Shown: piece after piece, positions 37,545-45,867 of the stretch
Numbering within the stretch: position 1 is the first letter of the stretch
How the letters are laid out: each line of letters starts with the position of its first letter
Source: Candidatus Sungiibacteriota bacterium
Lineage (GTDB): Bacteria; Patescibacteriota; Minisyncoccia; Sungbacterales; SURF-37
Length of the DNA: 64,000 nt
Assembly (NCBI GenBank): GCA_016186145.1
Contig: JACPMF010000004.1
Coordinates: 345 to 64,344 of the forward strand
Direction of reading: 5' to 3'
Notes under the pieces: generated by a model
The model's input: only the letters and a program-made list of their open reading frames with translations
What the model was told of the DNA's origin: nothing
Databases searched by the model: none
Translations under genes and position numbers: made by a program

Positions 37545-38420
37545 CTAATTCTTGAGCCTCGAATTCAGGACTTCTTTAAGGGTAATCCCATCTTTGCTTT
37601 TCCATTCCAGTGGGCCAGAAGCAGATCTTCCTAATATGACACCACATGCTGCACTTGAGCTATCAAATACATAATCGTCAGTAAAGACAAGGGTGGTACC
37701 CTGGACACTTAATCGTTGCATTGCCACAAGTTCATCCTTGAGTTTTTTATACGGATGAGTCTGAAAAGACGGCGTTTCTTCTAATGAGGCCGTAGAAGAT
37801 TTCAAAACTTTCATTTTTCCGTCTTCTAAGAGATGGCCCGTAGCTATGATATTGGATCCTTTTTTGCAGATAAAAACCAAAGGGGTAACAGGTGTTTTCC
37901 CAGAAGTAAATTCACTTTGCACAAATATATCGTATCCGAGCAGAGGCATAATTGTTGCTAGGTTTTCATAAAACACCTCTAATCCACTTACATCTTCTTT
38001 TGGGATCGTAGGCACGCCAGGATTGTTAGCATTTTTTAGGTTACACTTCCCGATTTTCTTGAGACGTTCAATACAAACACTTTCGAGGTATTGAATTCCT
38101 GTTTTTGTTAATGATCCATCTTGACTTACAAAAACAACAACATCCTGCCACCAATCTTTTTTATAATCGTGATCTCTAATTCTTTCCTTGAAACCATCAG
38201 CTTCACCAACGTACACATTGAGCAATCCACCTTCATCAGAGCTACCAATGAGAAAGTAAACGCAAGCTCCACTTTCTATTTCAGGCAACGTAATGATTTC
38301 ATTTAAAGCGTTACGAGGGCCACAAATGGCTTTGCCACTCCACTGATCAATCCTCACTTCCCTTACTCCCTTCGGAAGTCCTGCTGCCAAAAAAATTGTG
38401 ATCTTCTTACCTTGATTCAT
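37545..38420 (-). CDS. GIY-YIG nuclease domain protein with a C-terminal DUF4357-like domain
   Basis: CVYFLIGSSDEGGLLNVYVGEADGFKERIRDH (GIY-YIG-like); overlaps the methyltransferase stop by 14 bp. Confidence 0.55.
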   Translation of the reverse strand: MNQGKKITIFLAAGLPKGVREVRIDQWSGKAICGPRNALNEIITLPEIESGACVYFLIGSSDEGGLLNVYVGEADGFKERIRDHDYKKDWWQDVVVFVSQDGSLTKTGIQYLESVCIERLKKIGKCNLKNANNPGVPTIPKEDVSGLEVFYENLATIMPLLGYDIFVQSEFTSGKTPVTPLVFICKKGSNIIATGHLLEDGKMKVLKSSTASLEETPSFQTHPYKKLKDELVAMQRLSVQGTTLVFTDDYVFDSSSAACGVILGRSASGPLEWKSKDGITLKEVLNSRLKN

Positions 38421-39603
38421 AAGTTTTTTTCGGTTTTAGAAGCAGCACTAGTTCTTCCGACTTTACTCTAGATTTCTTCTCGCGGTTATGTTTATTAAAC
38501 TTATTATTGCCACCTAAGGTACTGAATCTGCCAATCACATGCTTGTGAATGCGGCTTTTATTTTTATCCAGATTAAAATATTTTTTAGCCAATTCAATAA
38601 CCTTATCTCCAGACAATCCATTGCTAGATTTTCCTTTAGGAAAGGTAAAAATAACTTTAACCTTCTTTCTCGACAGGCCGGATAAGAGTTGCTCTAAAGC
38701 TTTATATGATTGTCCCGCATTACTAAATTCTGATTGTGGACGCTCAGATATATCCGGATAACGTCCAATACCGGTAACTTCTCCGCAGTAACCACGTGCA
38801 ATTGTTTCAAGTACATGATAAAAACGACTATATTGGACACCGGAATAGGGCGGATCAAGAAGAACCAAATCTCCTCTTTTTAATTTAGGTATTAATTTTT
38901 TAGCGTCTGAAACCATCGCCCTACCTTTTACTTTCGCGTGTAGAGGGACGAGTTCTTTTAACGCGCTATCGCAGGATTTAAAAATATCAGTGCGCCATGC
39001 AATTTCAATAAATTTTCCGGCCCCGGCAGTTGGCTGAAAAGGTTGGGCGGTATGTCCAGGAGCAGCAGCAGCCCTAGAAGCAGCAATTATGGTTGCTGCT
39101 AAGCAAATATCTCTGTATTTAGTTTGCTTAGGTAATGTATTTAAAAGATAGTCGATGGTAATGGCTTGTTTCGGACTAAAATAATGGCCTCCGTAAGCAC
39201 GCCAAACGGGACCAATCTTAGAGGGAGTTTTGCAAAGTTTCCTTGCCGCATTAACTCTCAACTTTATTTTTCCGGAATACTTTTGATCTACTCCATTGGC
39301 TTTATTTAGAAGCTTCGAAGTATTTAGTTTCTTTTTTGCTTTCTCTATCCAAGCTCTCTTTAAATATTCCGCATCGAATACCTTAGTGCGTCCAATTACG
39401 GCTCTTGCGAGAACAACAGCGTATTTTTGCAGATCACCTGCAATAATTTCGCCTTTAAAATTCAGATTTTTAGCAACAAAATTTATTACTCCTCCGGAAC
39501 CGCAAAATGGGTCAATGAATCTATTGGCATACGGAAGCTGCTCACGGAGTAAGTCTCCGAGACCATTGCTCAACATAAACCTTTTTGAACCCATGTATTT
39601 CAT
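38407..39603 (-). CDS. DNA N6-adenine methyltransferase, Dam-like (D12 class)
   Basis: Motif I FIDPFCGSGGV and motif IV LLDPPYSG; N-terminus KYMGSKRF as in Dam; ATGA overlap with the upstream gene. Confidence 0.85.
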   Translation of the reverse strand: MKYMGSKRFMLSNGLGDLLREQLPYANRFIDPFCGSGGVINFVAKNLNFKGEIIAGDLQKYAVVLARAVIGRTKVFDAEYLKRAWIEKAKKKLNTSKLLNKANGVDQKYSGKIKLRVNAARKLCKTPSKIGPVWRAYGGHYFSPKQAITIDYLLNTLPKQTKYRDICLAATIIAASRAAAAPGHTAQPFQPTAGAGKFIEIAWRTDIFKSCDSALKELVPLHAKVKGRAMVSDAKKLIPKLKRGDLVLLDPPYSGVQYSRFYHVLETIARGYCGEVTGIGRYPDISERPQSEFSNAGQSYKALEQLLSGLSRKKVKVIFTFPKGKSSNGLSGDKVIELAKKYFNLDKNKSRIHKHVIGRFSTLGGNNKFNKHNREKKSRVKSEELVLLLKPKKTYESR

Positions 39604-40940
39604 AGGCAAAGTTGCGAAAGAGCTATTCTTTCGCATCCCGATAGCGCCAACAGCTCTGTTGCGAAATTTGAACGCCATTGGTAGTGATTGTTTACAGAAG
39701 AAGAACTACTGCTCATACTTGCCAGCGCTTCTTCCACTTCAATCCACATATCAGAGATGGGATTTACTTGCCCGGGCTCCCATAGTCCATAATTTTCTCC
39801 TAATGTTTCCCACCAAAATTTTATGTCGTTTCTTGAGATACGAGCGTTTTCAATCATAGTCATCCCTGCTCCTGTTGCTAACCTTAAAAGTAGAGTCGCC
39901 CTGCTCAACATCTGAATATGATAATCAGGATCAGTCGTTTTCCCCTTTTTACTTGCTTCGACAATCAACATAGGATCTCTTTGCTGTGTTTTTCGACTAA
40001 AAATCTGAGTTAGGGTGGTTAGTTCAGGATCACTTATGCCAAGATCTGTAAGTATTTTTCTAATCTGAGATTGCGAGAGTTGCCCGTTATTATATTTTTC
40101 CCAGCTCAATCTTAATAAAAAGGTATCTGCGACAAAACCACCAGTTCCATTCATGCTACACATGCGCCATATATTTTCTACTATCCCCAAAGAATTCCTG
40201 ATCTGAATAGAATTCCTAAAACTAAGGTCGTTCAAAATACCGCTTGGTCTATAGCTTGCGTGTTCACGTGCAGATTGATCTATTCCCAATGTTGTTATGT
40301 CGTACCCCCAATGTTTAAGCCAATCTTTTGCTAAATAATTGAGTGGCGCTGTTGAGATCTCAGAAAACCAAGTTTCTAAAGTTATACTATTAGGCCGAAT
40401 AATTTTTTGAAATAGTCTTCCAGAATCAGGGCGACCGAGCCAATCAATAAATTGCTTTCTTACTAGTGCGTGGGTTTTTTCTGAAATCGGCCCGTAAATA
40501 TCTGAAGACTTTCCATTAGCACCCACTATTGAAAAATGTTTTGCACTGAAAACACCTATGCCATCACTTGCAAGTAAAGACATCACAGCTCTCAGTTGGG
40601 CATAATATGCAAAATGCTTACAAGCCTGGATGTCGCCAACGGCATGACTAATTATAGCTTTACCCAAGAAACTCCAACCATCCACGCAGTGTAAGGGAAC
40701 TGAAGCGGCTATGTACTCTGCTAATTGAGTTTTTTTAGGTCCCGTTATTCGGTGAGGTGCTCTTCTGGGACAATCCTTTTCTATTTTTTCCGTACAGTTT
40801 TTTGCATATCTATTTTGAACACCAAGCCAGCCACCCCTTACAAAGTGTCTTTTAAGACGATTAAAGGTTTCTTGGGTAGCTATCCGAGAATAATGTCTAG
40901 TTGAAAATTTATCTGGCATTCTTGGCATCTTCTTTAGCAA
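39600..40940 (-). CDS. hypothetical protein (446 aa) inside the defence cassette
   Basis: No recognisable motif; translationally coupled between the DGQHR and methyltransferase genes. Confidence 0.5.
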   Translation of the reverse strand: MLKKMPRMPDKFSTRHYSRIATQETFNRLKRHFVRGGWLGVQNRYAKNCTEKIEKDCPRRAPHRITGPKKTQLAEYIAASVPLHCVDGWSFLGKAIISHAVGDIQACKHFAYYAQLRAVMSLLASDGIGVFSAKHFSIVGANGKSSDIYGPISEKTHALVRKQFIDWLGRPDSGRLFQKIIRPNSITLETWFSEISTAPLNYLAKDWLKHWGYDITTLGIDQSAREHASYRPSGILNDLSFRNSIQIRNSLGIVENIWRMCSMNGTGGFVADTFLLRLSWEKYNNGQLSQSQIRKILTDLGISDPELTTLTQIFSRKTQQRDPMLIVEASKKGKTTDPDYHIQMLSRATLLLRLATGAGMTMIENARISRNDIKFWWETLGENYGLWEPGQVNPISDMWIEVEEALASMSSSSSSVNNHYQWRSNFATELLALSGCERIALSQLCL

Positions 40941-42444
40941 ATCCTAAAATCTTATATGTTTCTCTGGCAAGACTGCCAAAATCTTTACTAATAAAAAGGT
41001 GTTTTAACAGTTGACGCCTAAATTGTTTATAACCACTACCTCCTCGATAGGAAAGTTTAAGAACAAGATCATCTTCGCTTAATCCTTTCGCCGCTGAAGA
41101 TCTCCAATCAAATTTAGACAATTCTTTGGCAAGTTTAAATACAAAATCAGCAAGTATTTTTTTCTTCTTTAAATCTTTAAGTTCCGATGCTGAGCTCGAC
41201 TCCGCGTTCGGATTCCACTCTTGTAATCTCAACTTTTCTCGATTGATAAATAGTAGATCATTTGTAACATTTAAAACCACAGAAATTCCTTGGTCATTGT
41301 TAAGCATTGTGTAAGGACCAACAAACGCAGGATCTCCGCTGACTGCCTTTTTATATTCTTGTTTCTTGGCATCGCGCAACTCAAGAGCCCACTTTGCCTT
41401 AGATTTTCTAACAGCGTCCCTTAATTCGTTCCAGAGATAAATAAGCAGGGCCGCTTGTTGGCTTTTATTCCAAGGAATTGCAATTTTATCCTGACCAACC
41501 GGTGCTCCAAATAGTCCGCCGATAGATATGCCTCTACCCTCAAATGACTTAACGTATGTTTTTAATAAAGCTCTTACCCAAGCTGCTTGAGTAACAGAGG
41601 GACCACCACTTTCCCCAAGCATGTTGATTCTATCGTACCAAGCACTATCCTTTTCTGACCATAGTATCTCAACTAGCTCTTGTGCTCGAGTTTCTCGGTA
41701 AACCTTATGGCCTTCAAATCTCTCAAGCCAATCTTCTGTCCGAAGTAAGGGGTACAGATCAAAAGCAAGGCTTGGGTTAATTCTTTTGGGCTTAATATTG
41801 ATTGTCCAAAAAAGATACGCTTGCCAACTTATATCAAGACCGTAAAATGCAACAACTGGAAGTTCATAATCTTCAGCAATACTTTTATCCTCAAACGCTA
41901 ACAGTCGGTGTTGCCCATCAATAATCTCAATGGGAAGTCTCTGTTTGGCCTGCCAGGTATTTGAATTATTAAAAGAAGCTGGCAACTGAACCTCGGCTAT
42001 GTTTCCTGCTAAATCCCTTACAGTCACTAGATCGTTCGGATCAACCCTTTCTCCATCACGCGTATCTTTGGCAGCTAAAATATTTACAACGATAGCTGTA
42101 GGTAACCAGCCTGGCTTTTGTAAATCATCAAACCTTTTCTCCTTACGTTGGGAATCAGTCAAATCTGACCAGGGATATCCGTATTTTATGTATTTCGCAA
42201 TTTTTTCTGATCGTGACGGTTCGTGAGCTCGTTGTAAACCGGTCCGCGACGCTAGACTCCTGCGATAGACACCTGAGAGTACCTGAAGTTGACGGGCGGA
42301 AAGTGAAAAAACGTAAAAATGATTTTGAGGCTCTCTACGATGCTCATTATTACTCCACTGAACAGAATCCCAGCCTTTAAGCCATTGGTTCACTTTTAAG
42401 GCCTGTATCTTATTTGGTTTGCGAGGCTGGGACTTCTTTTTCAT
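40909..42444 (-). CDS. DGQHR-domain protein (DndB-like, ParB-like nuclease superfamily)
   Basis: Exact IIDGQHRLLAF motif; 511 aa. Confidence 0.8.
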   Translation of the reverse strand: MKKKSQPRKPNKIQALKVNQWLKGWDSVQWSNNEHRREPQNHFYVFSLSARQLQVLSGVYRRSLASRTGLQRAHEPSRSEKIAKYIKYGYPWSDLTDSQRKEKRFDDLQKPGWLPTAIVVNILAAKDTRDGERVDPNDLVTVRDLAGNIAEVQLPASFNNSNTWQAKQRLPIEIIDGQHRLLAFEDKSIAEDYELPVVAFYGLDISWQAYLFWTINIKPKRINPSLAFDLYPLLRTEDWLERFEGHKVYRETRAQELVEILWSEKDSAWYDRINMLGESGGPSVTQAAWVRALLKTYVKSFEGRGISIGGLFGAPVGQDKIAIPWNKSQQAALLIYLWNELRDAVRKSKAKWALELRDAKKQEYKKAVSGDPAFVGPYTMLNNDQGISVVLNVTNDLLFINREKLRLQEWNPNAESSSASELKDLKKKKILADFVFKLAKELSKFDWRSSAAKGLSEDDLVLKLSYRGGSGYKQFRRQLLKHLFISKDFGSLARETYKILGFAKEDAKNAR

Positions 42445-42515
42445 ATAATTTATTTAGATTTTCTACATCTATATAATAGCAAGTTGAGATCTGCTAAGCA
42501 TGTTTCTTTATAATA

Positions 42516-42731
42516 TTAAAATTTGGCAAAAAAGTTTCCGATTTTTAAATTTAAAGCCTTCGCAATTTTTTCTATATTTTCCAATGTTATATTTTTCTCG
42601 GCTCTCTCAATCATGCCGATGTAAGTCCTATGAACGCCAGCGCGGGTGGCTAGTTTTTCTTGAGATAATCCTAATTTAGTTCGCTCCTCACGAACTCTTT
42701 TGCCAAATTTGATTAAGATTTCTCGTTTCAT
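42516..42731 (-). CDS. XRE-family HTH transcriptional regulator (controller-protein-like), first gene of the cassette operon
   Basis: 71 aa; canonical XRE HTH (LGLSQEKLATRAGVHRTYIGMIERAEKNITLENIEKIAKAL). Confidence 0.8.
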   Translation of the reverse strand: MKREILIKFGKRVREERTKLGLSQEKLATRAGVHRTYIGMIERAEKNITLENIEKIAKALNLKIGNFFAKF

Positions 42732-43032
42732 AGTTGATAACTATAGTATATGCACTTGCTAACTTTGGTGCTACATACTATAGTTAGCATAGTTTGAGGG
42801 GAGGAATTTCGGCGACCAAGCGAGCCGACCAGCAGGGCGGCGAGCCAGTCCTCCGGAGGAGGACTTTGTGGAAAACAGTAGAAGTGTGGAATGGGGGCGT
42901 AGCGTAGTGAAGTCGGACTTTGATTTTAGAGGTAGAAACGCAAGGTAGTCATTCCGAGGTAGGGTGAATGACTACCCGAATGACTAGGTAAATCAATCGG
43001 GATTTTGCTCAAACGGCGTCCGAACAGTCTCA

Positions 43033-43098
43033 TAAAGACACCACAATTCAAAACTTTTCGACTTGTCCCCGGTGAAAAAGGCGAAAAGTTTTGAATTG
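43033..43098. repeat. long hairpin (ccacaattcaaaacttttcg ... cgaaaagttttgaattgtgg) between tRNA-Ala and the right repeat of the cassette
   Basis: 20-bp perfect inverted repeat around a 26-nt loop. Confidence 0.5.
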
Positions 43099-43170
43099 TG
43101 GACCGGATGGGATTCGAACCCACGGTCTCCTCAATGCCATTGAGGCGCTTTACCACTAAGCTACCGGCCC
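43099..43170 (-). tRNA. tRNA-Ala (anticodon GGC)
   Basis: GGGCCGGTAGCTTAGTGGTAAAGCGCCTCAATGGCATTGAGGAGACCGTGGGTTCGAATCCCATCCGGTCCA. Confidence 0.85.
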
Positions 43171-43234
43171 TAGAATAATTTCGCAGAAATTATTCGGGCG
43201 ATCCCGCCATTGGCGGGATTTAGCCCAAAAATTC

Positions 43235-43759
43235 TTATTTTCTCAATTTCTTAACAACTTTATTTATCTGCGGCAGGAGCGATCGCGCATTGTTGATAAC
43301 AAAACCCGGTTTTAATTGCAATTTCTTTTTCTTGCGATGCAGGGCTCTTCGTAGATAGTGAACACGAATGGCCTCTTCGGCGCTCTGAAAAAGGTCCTTT
43401 CGTGAATACCGATGTTCCCTCAATCTTTTCAAGATTAACCTTTCCGGAGTCAGCACCCTGATAAACAAAGTCCCCGCACCGAATTGTTTTGCAAAACGAA
43501 CAAGCTCTTTTTGCCTTTGCGGCCGGACCGCGTCGAAATCAAGCACAACGGATTTTCCGGAGCAAAAAGCTTTTTGCGCCATCTGTTTTGCAATCAGCGG
43601 CGCCCGTGAATACGGCTTTCCTTTTTTGCGAAGGAGTACGCGGATATCGTCGGTTCTTATATGAACGGCTCCAATTCTTCGGGCAACAATTCGCGCAACA
43701 TGCGTCTTGCCTGACCCTACCGGCCCGATAAACGCAATAAGAAAGAGTCTCATTGTCAC
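43235..43759 (-). CDS. P-loop NTPase / predicted kinase (AAA_33/zeta-toxin-like)
   Basis: Walker A IGPVGSGKTHVAR; 174 aa. Confidence 0.6.
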   Translation of the reverse strand: MTMRLFLIAFIGPVGSGKTHVARIVARRIGAVHIRTDDIRVLLRKKGKPYSRAPLIAKQMAQKAFCSGKSVVLDFDAVRPQRQKELVRFAKQFGAGTLFIRVLTPERLILKRLREHRYSRKDLFQSAEEAIRVHYLRRALHRKKKKLQLKPGFVINNARSLLPQINKVVKKLRK

Positions 43760-44103
43760 TCCTTGCTATCTGCTAATACGCCCCCAACCTCCTGCAGGCG
43801 TCCAATGAAATCGTCTCGCTCTCCTTCGGAAAAATTTTCTCCGTCTCGCTGTAGTTTTAGCCGGTTGACGTCTTCGCGAAGCTGCTTCAGTAAATCAAGG
43901 GCCTGAAAGTACCGTTCTCTCCCCAACTCGCGCTCTAGACGCGGATCATAAACACCCGCCTCCACGCGGAAGAGAACGCCGTCAAACGCATTAAGCCAAC
44001 CGGCTTTTTCTCCAGCATCTTTTTCGGCGATTTCACGGACTGCGCTTATTATCTCTCTGATTTCAGAAAGACGGCTTGTTTCTTGTAAAAATTCTTTGCT
44101 CAT
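43756..44103 (-). CDS. hypothetical protein
   Basis: 115-aa ORF with a 4-bp overlap on the kinase gene. Confidence 0.4.
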   Translation of the reverse strand: MSKEFLQETSRLSEIREIISAVREIAEKDAGEKAGWLNAFDGVLFRVEAGVYDPRLERELGRERYFQALDLLKQLREDVNRLKLQRDGENFSEGERDDFIGRLQEVGGVLADSKE

Positions 44104-44185
44104 ATATTTTTACCAGCACGCTGCAGTAAGACTGAATCATTAAAGCCAACTTATAATAGTTTTAAAAACGAGAACCCGCCACTTG

Positions 44186-44464
44186 CTACTGCAATTTTAC
44201 ATCAGGCCGTTTTAATGCAACCTCTTCACGCAACACTTCACTCGCTTGCATATTAAAACCGAACGAATCTAATTTGGTTTGAATTTCTTTTTGAGTACCC
44301 TGCTCAACAAGAAACTTTCTCATAGCGTCGCGCTCCTCTGTTGTAATACTTCCCTCATTTCCTTTTAGGTAACTTTCCCATTTATCTTTTGCGGCCTCGC
44401 GAAACCAACGGCCGAAACTTTCGTCGTTTTCTTCATATGGCAACTTTTTTACTCCTTCTTCCAT
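44186..44464 (-). CDS. hypothetical protein
   Basis: 92-aa acidic ORF. Confidence 0.35.
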   Translation of the reverse strand: MEEGVKKLPYEENDESFGRWFREAAKDKWESYLKGNEGSITTEERDAMRKFLVEQGTQKEIQTKLDSFGFNMQASEVLREEVALKRPDVKLQ

Positions 44465-44480
44465 GAGCCGTAATTATCTG

Positions 44481-44552
44481 ACGCCCTCGAAGGGAATCGG
44501 ACCCCCATCTGCCCCTTAGGACGGGGCCGTTCTATCCATTGAACTACGAGGG
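44481..44552 (-). tRNA. tRNA-Arg (anticodon CCU)
   Basis: GCCCTCGTAGTTCAATGGATAGAACGGCCCCGTCCTAAGGGGCAGATGGGGGTCCGATTCCCTTCGAGGGCG; T-arm has G-U pairs and an unusual TCCGATT loop. Confidence 0.6.
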
Positions 44553-44679
44553 CAATGAATGGTTATTATCATAATAATATAGCGCATTGTTTCCCTTTTT
44601 TCCACACTTTCGGTATAATATAATTCGTTACCGAAATTTCCTAAATAAACTAAAAACTATAAACTAATATCTATTTTTT

Positions 44680-45729
44680 ATGACCCACGAAGAACAAGTC
44701 ATCCGAACGGTTCAAAAAGCAATGCCGGCGGTAGTAAGCGTTGTGGTCGCCAAAGATCTCTCATCGCTTGAAGCGCAGGGATTTCCTTTTTTCGGCATGC
44801 CCGAAGAGCTTTTTGAAGAATCGGAAGACGAAATCATCGACCGCCTCCCCAAAACCGATGACGGCAAGATACGCATCGGCGGGGGCTCGGGGTTTGTTGT
44901 TGATTCATCGGGAATTGTCCTGACGAACAAACACGTGGTTACCGACAAAGATGCCGAATATACGGTCGTAACCCAGGACGAAAAAAAGTACAGCGCCCGC
45001 GTTGTGGCGCGCGACCCGATCAACGATGTCGCTATTTTAAAAGTTGAAGCAAAAGATATGCCGATACTGGAGCTTGGCGATTCAAACAACATAATACTTG
45101 GGCAAACGGTAATCGCGGTCGGCAACGCTCTGGGAGAATTCAAAAACACGGTATCAACAGGAATTGTTTCGGGGCTTTCCCGGCTCATCAGCGCCGTCAC
45201 CGATATGAAAGGAAACGTCGAACGCCTCCGAGGACTGATCCAAACAGACGCGGCAATCAACCCCGGAAACTCCGGCGGCCCGCTCGTGAACTTGAGAGGC
45301 GAAGTAATCGGCATTAACTCGGCCGTCGTCTTTGGCGCGCAAAATATCGGATTCGCAATCCCGATAAACAAAGCAAAAGAGGATTTGGAAGACGTGAAAA
45401 AATACGGCCACATCAGGAAACCGTTTTTGGGCGTCCGATATCTCATGCTCAATAAAGCGATCCAGCGGAAACTCAATCTAATCACCGATCACGGCTGTCT
45501 GGTGCTTCGCGAAAAACATGGCCATGGCATTGTAAAGGGAAGTGCCGCTGATCTTGCCGGCATCCGCGAGGGCGACGTGATCATTGAAGCGGCCGGCACG
45601 AAACTTGACGAAAAAACAACGCTGGAAGACATCCTCGATAAAATGAAAATCGGCGACGCCCTCCAAATGAAAATATGGCGAGCGGGAAAAGAATTTGAAG
45701 CAGAAGTTAAACTTGGAGAACGATCTTGA
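44680..45729 (+). CDS. htrA: HtrA/DegP-family serine protease with a PDZ domain
   Basis: Catalytic Ser in GNSGGPL, His in TNKHVV, C-terminal PDZ. Confidence 0.9.
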   Translation: MTHEEQVIRTVQKAMPAVVSVVVAKDLSSLEAQGFPFFGMPEELFEESEDEIIDRLPKTDDGKIRIGGGSGFVVDSSGIVLTNKHVVTDKDAEYTVVTQDEKKYSARVVARDPINDVAILKVEAKDMPILELGDSNNIILGQTVIAVGNALGEFKNTVSTGIVSGLSRLISAVTDMKGNVERLRGLIQTDAAINPGNSGGPLVNLRGEVIGINSAVVFGAQNIGFAIPINKAKEDLEDVKKYGHIRKPFLGVRYLMLNKAIQRKLNLITDHGCLVLREKHGHGIVKGSAADLAGIREGDVIIEAAGTKLDEKTTLEDILDKMKIGDALQMKIWRAGKEFEAEVKLGERS

Positions 45730-45867
45730 TAAATTAACCTAATTATTCTAATTGACCTAATCAAATCCTAATGCTCAAATATCTAATGTCTAAAACTTTT
45801 GGTATTTAGTCATTGGGTATTGGGAATTTTTTAGAGTAATTAGAGCAATTAGAATAATTAGACTTTT

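Larger units (their letters stand above)
37308..43017. mobile_element. cassette bounded by inverted repeats (about 215-bp imperfect inverted repeats at 37308-37522 and 42793-43017) carrying a five-gene putative defence/DNA-modification module, next to tRNA-Ala
   Basis: The left repeat and the reverse complement of the right repeat are identical over about 82-bp and about 71-bp end blocks, with indels between. The interior is more AT-rich than its flanks. No transposase or integrase lies inside. Confidence 0.55.

Noticed and set aside
42926-43156. 76-aa minus-strand ORF
   Set aside because: It falls inside the right inverted repeat and hairpin of the cassette and runs into tRNA-Ala.
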